From: Chitinivibrionales bacterium
Lineage (GTDB): Bacteria > Fibrobacterota > Chitinivibrionia > Chitinivibrionales > WJKA01
Assembly: GCA_038247415.1 (NCBI GenBank)
Contig: JBBRUX010000005.1
Coordinates: 32,001-96,000, forward strand
Length of the DNA stretch: 64,000 bases
Direction: 5' to 3'
In this document: in pieces, positions 20,455-28,818 of the stretch
How positions within the stretch are numbered: position 1 is the first letter of the stretch
Layout: the number at the start of each line of letters is the position of its first letter
Made by a program: the position numbers and the translations under genes
The notes under the pieces: generated by a model
What the model saw: only the letters and a program-made list of their open reading frames with translations
Told to the model about the DNA's origin: nothing
Database searches by the model: none

Positions 20455-21641
20455 AGTGAACGCAAGCCTTTCGGAAATTGCGATGTAATATTGAGCATTT
20501 TGAGGGAATCGATAATCTGCTCTGCCATATATTCAATTTCTTCTTCTGTTATACCAAAATATATTGAAAACCGAGCCAAGCTCGTATTTTCGGGAACTGC
20601 AGGAGGTAAAAAAGCAGAAAAAAGTATTTTTCTTTTTTTAAGCTCGCTATATAATTGACACACCGATTCCACTCCTTTAAACATCAATGATACTATCTGA
20701 CATTTACTCGGACCGGTATCGACGCCTTTTTCATTGAGAAGCTTACGAAGAAGTGCTGCTCTGGCATGCATGGTTATTGCACGCTCTGGTTCGCGCATGA
20801 GAATTTCTAATGCCTTGCAATTTCCGGCAGACGTGGCAGGGGTTGGAGCAGAACTAAAAATAACCGATCGAAGCCGATAGGTTAAATAATGGGCGGTTTG
20901 GATATCTGCAATAATAAAGCCCCCATGACCGCCCAATCCCTTTGCAATACTTACCGTTCGCAAGGGAATGCGTGACGCAAGCCCTTGTTCAACAGCTAAT
21001 CCCCCACCTTTTTCTCCGCATAATCCAAATGAGTGCGCTTCGTCAACAACTAACAAACAGCCAGTTTCTTCGCATATATCCACATATTCATGCAAATTTG
21101 CAACGCTGCCGTTAGTACTATAATACGAATCGACGGCTACAATACCAGGACCAAATGTCTTGACAAATTGACGAAGAGATGCTATGTCATTATGTCGAAG
21201 GGGAATTATCCGACTTCCGGCAAAACGCGCGCCATCCCACAACGATGCATGCGCATAGATATCGAGGTACACGGGAATATCCGGGCTTGCAATTGCTTCT
21301 ATAAGCCCAACATTTGCAGTCCAGCCACAGGTAGTAAGCACAATACTTTCTGGGCCTTCTGCCTGAGCAGATTCAGCAATTTTACGCTGAAAATCGCCAT
21401 GAAAACCACTAAAACCACCATATACGACCGAGGCCATTGCACCAGAACCAGTGAGTTCGGTTGCTTTGTTACGTGCAAGCGTTACTTCTGGATGCGAAGA
21501 AAGTCTCAGGTAGTCATTATGATGACAAGCTATGAATCCGTCGCAATCTTCTGGTTGATCAAAAGGAAATGGATTGAGTGCAGCAAGGCGTCCCATTGTG
21601 GGGATCTTATGTTTTTCAAACCAAACGGGTAGCATCGCCAT
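20451..21641 (-). CDS. cqsA: CqsA/LqsA/JqsA-family alpha-hydroxyketone autoinducer synthase (PLP-dependent alpha-oxoamine synthase fold)
   Basis: NDYLRLSSHP, GWTANVGLI, VYLDIYAHASLWDGAR, RHND, GPGIVAVDSYYST.G, VDEAHS, SIAK. AHxSLWxG, GPGI and DSxYST match CqsA/LqsA as I recall them, not BioF (NHAS, VFSMDG). Confidence 0.82.
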   Translation of the reverse strand: MAMLPVWFEKHKIPTMGRLAALNPFPFDQPEDCDGFIACHHNDYLRLSSHPEVTLARNKATELTGSGAMASVVYGGFSGFHGDFQRKIAESAQAEGPESIVLTTCGWTANVGLIEAIASPDIPVYLDIYAHASLWDGARFAGSRIIPLRHNDIASLRQFVKTFGPGIVAVDSYYSTNGSVANLHEYVDICEETGCLLVVDEAHSFGLCGEKGGGLAVEQGLASRIPLRTVSIAKGLGGHGGFIIADIQTAHYLTYRLRSVIFSSAPTPATSAGNCKALEILMREPERAITMHARAALLRKLLNEKGVDTGPSKCQIVSLMFKGVESVCQLYSELKKRKILFSAFLPPAVPENTSLARFSIYFGITEEEIEYMAEQIIDSLKMLNITSQFPKGLRSL

Positions 21642-21665
21642 CTCGTAATTCCCTTAAAAAAATGT

Positions 21666-22826
21666 TTATACTACTTCTTGAGAAGCAATTTCATAGGCTT
21701 CTACCATGCTGGTACACCCTTGACATCCAATACATCCAGCACTATTTCCAACACCAAAGGATAACCCCCGATGGTGCATTCGTCGAGCAGCCTCCAGATA
21801 CAGCGACACGAGATCATCGAGTGAATGTTTTAGGTAGCTTGGAACCATATTTACAAGATGATTGCTATGAGGACGTACCAAAAGCAGCGTTGTTAGTACC
21901 CCAATAGATGCAAATTCGTCGATGCTTTGTAGAACTTTTTCGTACTTTTCTCCAAAGCCCAGAATACACGTGGTGTTAACAGAATTTTTACCATACGCCG
22001 CAACCGCAGCTTCCCAATTTCTTATATAGTCATCGCGGGAACAGCGCGATTTTCCTGGACAGATTTCTTTGCGAATATCTTCATCGAGGATTTCGAGAAA
22101 AATCCCCAGCGAATCTGCATACTTGGCAGTTTCGGCAATGAGTGACAAATCTTTTACCGGTTCGTGCTGTATATGAACCGAAATGTTCACACGTTCCTTA
22201 ATTTTCTTTACTAAGTCAATAAGTTCACGTACCACGACATCATTATCGGCAAATGTACCAGAAGTAATAGTAAGTGATCGCACTCCCTGTTGCGATGCCA
22301 AAGCTACTGCTTCAACGAATTTATCGATATCTTGTTTGGCTGCCCATTCGTTTATTCCTTTGCCAACCGGCTCAAGTTCACAATAGCGACATTCAAGACC
22401 ATCGGCAAAATGTTTGCATTCGTGGGCATACACCGACACGGCAGTAGCGTAACAATGCGTGCTAATACCTATTTCCATCATTGGTGTACCATCTTTAAGC
22501 GTTGCCCGTAAAAACGAAGGAATCGTTCTGCTTTTAAGCACAGCACCATTTGTTGCCGTTATAATTTTTTTAAGAGAATCATATTCCGATTGGATTGCAT
22601 ATGCCCCAAGCCAATGATCGAGGCCATATATTGGCAAACTTATCATACTCGAAAATTCATTATCCACGGCAGATCGCATATGGAAAGTTTTGCCTTGTGG
22701 ACCCGCACCAGTTCCTTTGGAAATAAAACTGCTGAGGGGAACACCATTTACGGTGGGTGGCGCAATACCCCGAGATTGGAGCTCGAGACGGCGGCGAAAC
22801 TGTGTCATTTGTGGAGAGTTTTGCAT
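21666..22826 (-). CDS. Radical SAM enzyme with CX8CX2C motif (MSMEG_0568-like)
   Basis: CKHFADGLECRYC; TITSGT; DEDIRKEICPGKS; C-terminal AGCIGCQGC. Start placed at ATG 22826 just after the FAAL stop. Confidence 0.78.
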   Translation of the reverse strand: MQNSPQMTQFRRRLELQSRGIAPPTVNGVPLSSFISKGTGAGPQGKTFHMRSAVDNEFSSMISLPIYGLDHWLGAYAIQSEYDSLKKIITATNGAVLKSRTIPSFLRATLKDGTPMMEIGISTHCYATAVSVYAHECKHFADGLECRYCELEPVGKGINEWAAKQDIDKFVEAVALASQQGVRSLTITSGTFADNDVVVRELIDLVKKIKERVNISVHIQHEPVKDLSLIAETAKYADSLGIFLEILDEDIRKEICPGKSRCSRDDYIRNWEAAVAAYGKNSVNTTCILGFGEKYEKVLQSIDEFASIGVLTTLLLVRPHSNHLVNMVPSYLKHSLDDLVSLYLEAARRMHHRGLSFGVGNSAGCIGCQGCTSMVEAYEIASQEVV

Positions 22827-22842
22827 TTTAAAATTCTTTATA

Positions 22843-24501
22843 TCATTTAAAAAGCGTAAGTGAATTGTTAATAAGTCTTTCTTTGATAACTTTACGACGT
22901 TTTTTTCCACTCGATGTCTTCTCGATACTCCCTTTTCCGCAAAAGTAAACATGCGTTAACAAAAGTGCAAAAGATCTGAATATTAAATCCTGAATTTCTT
23001 TACGACGTGCCACTGCATCCGCCGATTCGAGCGGTTTTGTTTCGATAAGCGCATGAAGCTCTGCAACACCCGTTTGAGCATTCTCTAGAGAAAGCACAAC
23101 AGTGCATCCACTGCGAACATTTTCCAAACTTTCGATACACTGCTCGATATCGTCTGGAACAATGTTGCGCCCGCCAATAATAATAAGATCGTCTTTACGG
23201 GAGTGGAAAAAAAGTTCTCCATCATAGGTAAATCCGATATCGTTAGTGCACAGCCAGCCATTTTTAAGTGCCTTTTGAGTCGCCTCCGGATTTTTTAAAT
23301 AACCGGATGTTAAACAAGGGCCTTTTACAAAAATCTCCCCTAAGGCTAAATCTGGCAAAACTTCACCCGCAGTGCTTCGAACTTCAAGCAAAGTACCCTT
23401 AAATGGTTCTCCTATAGAAACAATTTCTAGAGATTCCTTGTCGGATTCATCCGAGAGCGACAGCTTTTCAGATTCGTCTACCCTAACGCGTAGAACCGTT
23501 GCCCCGTCGCTTCGTTTGGTTGAAGTTGCGCCAAGCGCATTTTCGGCCATGCCATAGCCCACGTGAATATGGCGCGATTGCAATTTGTGTTTTGACAACA
23601 AATCTATTGCACGCCGTAAAACAATACCCGTTACTTTTTCTGCACCAAAATACAAATCGAGCCGACTCAAATCGAGAGTGTCTGCCGTGGAATGTCCTAA
23701 AAGCTTAATAGTATGGGCCATTGCCGCGTTGGTTGTAAAATTAAGTCCTGTTTTATGCTCAGCCAACAGCTTAAACCACCTAAGGGGGTTCATCATATAC
23801 CAACGAGGCGAAACAAGAATATTGTCAACACCCTTATATAAAGGAAGCAGAATCCCAATAAAAAGGCCCATGTCATGATTAAAGGGAAGCCAGGATGCAC
23901 AGTGTTTAAGCTCTATCCCCGATGCCAGCGTGTATTCGAACCCAAGCACATCTACTTGGTTTAAAACCATTTGATGAGTCACAATAACACCTTTAGGAAT
24001 TCCCGTGCTTCCCGAAGAATATTGAATAACTGCATACTCACTAGGCGATACGGCAACACGTTCCAGAAAAGGTTTTCCTGTATGTTCTTGCAAATCCTTG
24101 AGCGATATGGCCTGTTTACCGGTGAGCGTACACCATGCTGCGGCCATGGCTTTATCGTCGGCTGTTTCACAAATAATAGTTGCAAATGCGCAACTATGTT
24201 CCACTCTGCCAAGATACTGTTCATAATCTTCGGATAACCCCATTACGGGTCTTAGAGGCACAGCTACTGCACCTAAACGCCAAACAGCTAAAATAATCGT
24301 AACATATTCATGACGATTAGTTAGCAATATACCCACGGTGGATGATTTCCCAACGCCTATTTCTGCAAGGGCGGTAGCATACAAACCAGAAGATTCCCAA
24401 AGATTTGAAAGTTTAAATTCACTTTTCTCTTCTGGAAATTTCCAAACAGGATCATATTTCTGTATGTTTTTTTCTACACTAGCAAGCAATGTATCTTCCA
24501 T
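22843..24501 (-). CDS. Fatty acyl-AMP ligase (FAAL)
   Basis: QYSSGSTGIPKG, SWLPFNHDMGL, FGAE, GYGMAE followed by a FAAL-type insertion, RKDDLIIIGGRN, KTSSGK; RBS AGGA before ATG 24501. Confidence 0.88.
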   Translation of the reverse strand: MEDTLLASVEKNIQKYDPVWKFPEEKSEFKLSNLWESSGLYATALAEIGVGKSSTVGILLTNRHEYVTIILAVWRLGAVAVPLRPVMGLSEDYEQYLGRVEHSCAFATIICETADDKAMAAAWCTLTGKQAISLKDLQEHTGKPFLERVAVSPSEYAVIQYSSGSTGIPKGVIVTHQMVLNQVDVLGFEYTLASGIELKHCASWLPFNHDMGLFIGILLPLYKGVDNILVSPRWYMMNPLRWFKLLAEHKTGLNFTTNAAMAHTIKLLGHSTADTLDLSRLDLYFGAEKVTGIVLRRAIDLLSKHKLQSRHIHVGYGMAENALGATSTKRSDGATVLRVRVDESEKLSLSDESDKESLEIVSIGEPFKGTLLEVRSTAGEVLPDLALGEIFVKGPCLTSGYLKNPEATQKALKNGWLCTNDIGFTYDGELFFHSRKDDLIIIGGRNIVPDDIEQCIESLENVRSGCTVVLSLENAQTGVAELHALIETKPLESADAVARRKEIQDLIFRSFALLLTHVYFCGKGSIEKTSSGKKRRKVIKERLINNSLTLFK

Positions 24502-24520
24502 GTAATTCCTTGGTAAATAT

Positions 24521-24769
24521 CTATGTATGAGCTGCGATAAATGTAGCCAGATCATTTAGTGTCCGTAGTTCCTTAATTACTGTAGCATTAGGAATCGCAA
24601 GCTTGAACTTTTCTTCTACGAGTGCTTGAAGCTGCATAAGCGTCATAGAATCAATCATACAATCTTCAATAAGATCTTTTCCTACAACATCCTTAGCTGG
24701 CTGGTCAAAGAGGTGGTGTTCATCACATAAATTAACAAGTGAGGTGAGTATCTGATCTTTATTTGCCAT
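24521..24769 (-). CDS. Acyl carrier protein
   Basis: 82 aa acidic protein with IDSM phosphopantetheine Ser, VEEKF, TLNDL; RBS GGAG; first gene of the operon. Confidence 0.88.
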   Translation of the reverse strand: MANKDQILTSLVNLCDEHHLFDQPAKDVVGKDLIEDCMIDSMTLMQLQALVEEKFKLAIPNATVIKELRTLNDLATFIAAHT

Positions 24770-24849
24770 TGCACTGCTCCTTAGGAAAAATATGGTTGAA
24801 TGCGCGGGAGATTAACTTTTAGTGAACGAAAATAGATTATTCCCTCTTG

Positions 24850-24878
24850 ATTATACGGGTTTTTGTTTTTTGAGTCAA
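24850..24878 (-). promoter_or_regulatory. sigma70 promoter of the ACP-FAAL-rSAM-cqsA operon
   Basis: Minus strand TTGACT-17 bp-TATAAT, about 80 bp upstream of the ACP start. Confidence 0.75.
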
Positions 24879-24920
24879 TTTATAACTTATAATGTTTGCA
24901 CGCCATGCCTAAAAAGAAAG

Positions 24921-24941
24921 TTATCATGCATGCCATGATAA
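24921..24941. promoter_or_regulatory. Perfect inverted repeat, putative transcription-factor site
   Basis: TTATCATG-N5-CATGATAA located 42 bp upstream of the operon -35 hexamer. Confidence 0.4.
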
Positions 24942-25000
24942 TGGATAACAAATTGATTTTGCTTAGAATGTCAGCTATTCAAGCGTCAACGATGGCCCAA

Positions 25001-26674
25001 TCAATTATCTTCTGGTTCGACCCGGCGAGCACTTGCATACCGCGCAGTGGCTTCTACCGAGGATGTTTCTGAAATCTGTCGCAAGCGGGCTAGTGCTGCA
25101 GGATGTTCGATATTGTACCAGTCGCGTGGCATTAGATCGCTGCTAAAATCATGACAACCTTCAACCATATCAAGGCCGCGTGGAACAACGTCCGGATTAT
25201 TGAGCACTTGCCGACATCGATGCGCATACAGATACACAATAGCATCCATAAGCTTTCCGGGCTTGTGTTTATGCGAAGGCATTTTTTCGAGAAGCTGCTC
25301 AAACAAGCGTGATGCGTTTGCCATGGTTCCCTCATTGAAATACGCATAAATTCCTTGACGTATAGAATCACGGGTTTCGTCTTTGTATGCTACAACTTCA
25401 CGTGCCTGATGTCCGTAAATTTCAAATACCTCAAATTTTTTATGGTATCCCTTAACGCGCAAAATATCAACCATACGAGAATGCTGATCATCCTGAAGAT
25501 CATCCATGACTTCCTGACTCACCACTATTTCTAATCCATACAGTTTTGCTACCGATTCTAGCCGGGAACACACATTGACTGCAGTACCAATCCAAGTACG
25601 ATCATATTTTTTTTCGGAGCCAATATTCGCTTCCAACACAGAACCTTTGGCAATGGCAATTACATTGGCCATTTTAGGCATGCCAGCTATCACAAGTTGC
25701 TTGTTGTAAATTTGCAAACTTTGTCGCATGAGCAGCGCAGCCTCTACCGCTGTTTTACCATCGGGGAAAATTGCCATCACGGCATCACCCATCAGTTTAT
25801 CAACCTCGCCTCCAGCCGAAAACACTGGGTCAATCATCATTTCAAAATATTTATTAAGAAATTGAGCCTGCACATCTGGGTCGGTCATCGATTCGGTAAG
25901 TGGCGTAAAATTTCTCATATCGCAAATGAGAATAGCTTTATCGCTCATGCGAGGCTTAAATTGACGAGGATCTCGGCCTTGATTAACTTCATTAACAACC
26001 GAGGGTCTTACAAACGTTGAAATAATAGCATTGCGAGCAACGAGTTCAGAATTTTTATGTTCAAGCACCAGTTGTCTACGCAGGGCATCTTCGGCTCGTA
26101 GGCGCTCTTTTGTGGTATCCAGCGAAATAACATAAAAGATGTCAAGCGCAAGCTTTATCATGGCAATAACCATAGATGAAAGCCATGCAATTGCGAATGC
26201 TCCTACCATATTGGAGAGCGTGGATACAGCAGATCCTGTTTGTATAAGGTAACTCGCTGCCGCGCAGATAAGGCCAAGAGGAAAAGCAACTACCGAAAAA
26301 TAAACTTTAGAAGAAGTAAATCCATACACAAAACCTGCCCACATCAGCGAGGCATACCAATACTGGTTCATATTGTTATGCATCATGAGGTTTGCAAATA
26401 CAAACGGGAACATAAAAACAAGCGCTGCTTCCCAATACACTTTATGCCATGTTTGAAATGGAGAGTTTTTGGGAAAAAATACGAAAGGGATAGTGATCGC
26501 AACAATAATCAACCGGAGCAACAAATCTTCGTGATAGCCCAGATAAAATTTACAAATCAGATAAAAGAGCATGTTTGAGAGCGGAGCAATTACACCCATA
26601 AAGAAGGCAAACTTCTCGGTAGTATAAAATTTGGGAGAGCGGGTGATCCCAATGGCAGTTTTAAGATAATCCAT
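25001..26674 (-). CDS. Membrane adenylate cyclase (class III) with a CqsS/LqsS-like 6-TM sensor domain
   Basis: Six hydrophobic segments with YHEDLLLR and FPFVFANLMMHN...WYAS; coiled coil; cyclase motifs ICDMRNFT, VDKLMGDAVM, YDRTWIGTAVNVCSRLES. Start placed at ATG 26674. Confidence 0.82.
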   Translation of the reverse strand: MDYLKTAIGITRSPKFYTTEKFAFFMGVIAPLSNMLFYLICKFYLGYHEDLLLRLIIVAITIPFVFFPKNSPFQTWHKVYWEAALVFMFPFVFANLMMHNNMNQYWYASLMWAGFVYGFTSSKVYFSVVAFPLGLICAAASYLIQTGSAVSTLSNMVGAFAIAWLSSMVIAMIKLALDIFYVISLDTTKERLRAEDALRRQLVLEHKNSELVARNAIISTFVRPSVVNEVNQGRDPRQFKPRMSDKAILICDMRNFTPLTESMTDPDVQAQFLNKYFEMMIDPVFSAGGEVDKLMGDAVMAIFPDGKTAVEAALLMRQSLQIYNKQLVIAGMPKMANVIAIAKGSVLEANIGSEKKYDRTWIGTAVNVCSRLESVAKLYGLEIVVSQEVMDDLQDDQHSRMVDILRVKGYHKKFEVFEIYGHQAREVVAYKDETRDSIRQGIYAYFNEGTMANASRLFEQLLEKMPSHKHKPGKLMDAIVYLYAHRCRQVLNNPDVVPRGLDMVEGCHDFSSDLMPRDWYNIEHPAALARLRQISETSSVEATARYASARRVEPEDN

Positions 26675-26747
26675 AAATTTTGCACTCTGATTGAAAGCGC
26701 ATCTCTCTTTTCCTACATACCTATTATTTTGGTACTTATTGTAACTT

Positions 26748-26776
26748 ATTTTATCACATCGGGTTGAATAGCGCAA
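26748..26776 (-). promoter_or_regulatory. Putative sigma70 promoter of the sensor-cyclase gene
   Basis: Minus strand TTGCGC-17 bp-TAAAAT. Confidence 0.5.
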
Positions 26777-26833
26777 GAGAGCAAACAAGTATTGTCGATT
26801 TTTCTTTGAATGCTTGCCTAGATAGATCCTACC

Positions 26834-28027
26834 ATGATAAACTTTGATACTATGAACTCAGAAACCATCCTTGATTTATTTGATGTTGAACCAATAAACG
26901 AAAAACGCATATCTGAACGTGCATTTCTTACCGTTGCGGTCACCCTTGAAATTGGGGATCGGCTTGTACGCGGCGTCGAATGCAAAAACGTCAGTCTTGG
27001 CGGTATGTTCCTAATTTCGAAGGTTCATATTCCCCTTGGAAGCGTTGGAACAGTTACTCTTACAAAACGCTGCGATAAAAAAAGAGTGAGCTTTTCTGCC
27101 GATTTTGAAGTCGTACGTCACGAAGGAGAAACAAAAGAAGATATTGGGCTTGGCCTTAAATTTATTCGACTTACCGATGAAGATAGACTTGCAGTCGAAT
27201 TCATTGTTGATTTCCGCACGGGTGTAACCCTTCGGGAACGATTAGATTTGTCGGAAGAGAAAATTTCGGACATCCGCTTTAAAATTGCGCAAACCCAAGA
27301 AGAACTAGCTGGAGCATTTTCACTTGTTCACGATTCCTATGTAACGCGAGGTTACATGGATCCCGACCCAAGCGGTATGCGCTTGAGCATCCACCACGCC
27401 ATGCCTCTAACAACAGTTGTTATTGGCGTTCAAAACAATCGAGTTATTGCTGCTTCGGCACTTTTTTTAGACTCCCCCATTGGCTTGCCCATGGACAATC
27501 TTTACAAGAGAGAGCTTTCTGAATTTCGCCAAAACAGGCGACTCATAGCAGAAATTGGGGCATTTGCCGTTCACCAAGATTTGCGAGCATTTACAACAAC
27601 ACTCGTGCTGCATCTTCAAAAGCTGATGTTTTTATACACCTTTAGATACCTGAATCTCGATGATATTGTTTTGGTAATAAACCCGCGACACAAGCTTTAT
27701 TATCAACATGTCTTATTAGCCAACCAAATTGGGCCCGAGCGCGTTTACCAAAAGGTAAAAGGAAATCCGGCCATTGCCATGTCGATGGATGTTCGCAAAG
27801 CACAAGATCGTTTTAAAGAAAGCTATTCTACCCTACCCGACAATAAAAACTTGCATCGCTTTTTTTACGAACATACAAGCGAATGCCTACAAATGCCTGA
27901 ACTTCGTCAGCCTATTGTCACGTGGAATCGCGCATTGCTGCATTATTTTTTCGAAGAACGGTCGAAACTTTTCGAGACAACAAGCGCCGATACCATAAAA
28001 TTTATTCTTAGCCATTACGAGAATTAA
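26834..28027 (+). CDS. PilZ domain fused to an N-acyl amino acid synthase (FeeM/NAS GNAT-fold)
   Basis: PilZ: RISER (RxxxR) and NVSLGG. NAS: FKIA...AFSLVHDSY..RGY, DSPIGLP.D, AEIGAFA, INPRHKLYY, PAIAM. Confidence 0.78.
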   Translation: MINFDTMNSETILDLFDVEPINEKRISERAFLTVAVTLEIGDRLVRGVECKNVSLGGMFLISKVHIPLGSVGTVTLTKRCDKKRVSFSADFEVVRHEGETKEDIGLGLKFIRLTDEDRLAVEFIVDFRTGVTLRERLDLSEEKISDIRFKIAQTQEELAGAFSLVHDSYVTRGYMDPDPSGMRLSIHHAMPLTTVVIGVQNNRVIAASALFLDSPIGLPMDNLYKRELSEFRQNRRLIAEIGAFAVHQDLRAFTTTLVLHLQKLMFLYTFRYLNLDDIVLVINPRHKLYYQHVLLANQIGPERVYQKVKGNPAIAMSMDVRKAQDRFKESYSTLPDNKNLHRFFYEHTSECLQMPELRQPIVTWNRALLHYFFEERSKLFETTSADTIKFILSHYEN

Positions 28028-28028
28028 T

Positions 28029-28811
28029 ATGTCAACTGCAACAAGTGCTGGTTACGTTTCTGCCGACTATCTCAAAGCACTTGCGCAGGCAGCAGAACCC
28101 ATAAAAAAGCGCATACGAGATTTGCTTGCGCTAGGCTCCAACTCAAAAATTCTTGATGCGGGCTGTGGTCCTGGCACCGATACTATTCCTTTAGCACGTT
28201 TACTGAATAATTCGGGCATAATTTGTGGCATGGATGCCGATAGATCTATGATTCAAGCCGCGCAAACCCGCATACAAGTAGAATGGTTCCAAAATCTTTA
28301 TCATTATGTCGCTAACGCCACTGCAATTCCTTGCAAAACCAACAGTTTTGATGCAGCATTTTGTGATCGGGTATTACAACACATTAAAGATGCTCATAAC
28401 GCAGTCGCCGAAATGTGTCGTATAGTAAAGCCTGGTGGGAAAATTGTACTTGTCGATTCAGATCATTCCTCACTGAGCATTTCGACAAATAATTCATCAA
28501 CAGAATGTGCATTGCGAACCTGGAGAACTCAAAGATTACACAATGGCCTCGCTGCTCGTAATCTTGGCACCTATGCAATTAAAGCAGGGCTATTACTAGA
28601 AAGTATAGAGTGCATCCCTTTTCTATCTCGCAGCTATGCAGGATTTAGGCTCGGAACAGCTGCAGATCTTGTTGAGCAAGAAGCCGTTACACGAGGGATT
28701 ATATCGTCCGATCAATTAGATTCATATAAATCTGACCTGGAAGATCTCGATCGCGCCAATGCATTTTATTCTGTAATTCCTATGATAATACTCTCAGCAA
28801 CTAAACCGTAA
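28029..28811 (+). CDS. Class I SAM-dependent methyltransferase (UbiE-like)
   Basis: ILDAGCGPG, GMDAD, NATAIP...SFDA, DRVLQH, RIVKPGG. Confidence 0.88.
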   Translation: MSTATSAGYVSADYLKALAQAAEPIKKRIRDLLALGSNSKILDAGCGPGTDTIPLARLLNNSGIICGMDADRSMIQAAQTRIQVEWFQNLYHYVANATAIPCKTNSFDAAFCDRVLQHIKDAHNAVAEMCRIVKPGGKIVLVDSDHSSLSISTNNSSTECALRTWRTQRLHNGLAARNLGTYAIKAGLLLESIECIPFLSRSYAGFRLGTAADLVEQEAVTRGIISSDQLDSYKSDLEDLDRANAFYSVIPMIILSATKP

Positions 28812-28818
28812 TACAAAC

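Noticed and set aside
20451..21641. Calling this gene bioF (and the adjacent radical SAM bioB)
   Set aside because: It has AHASLWDG/GPGI/DSYYST rather than BioF NHAS/VFSMDG; the radical SAM lacks CX3CX2C; no bioA/bioD nearby.
22827..22952. N-terminal extension of the radical SAM ORF in the track
   Set aside because: Overlaps the FAAL 3' end by over 100 nt; ATG 22826 fits operon spacing. Starts of truA, adhE, FAAL, the cyclase, earP, efp, lemA, dnaX and others were trimmed on similar grounds.
26740..26758. Possible CRP site TGTAA...TCACA in the divergent promoter
   Set aside because: Half-site spacing is 9 nt, not 6.
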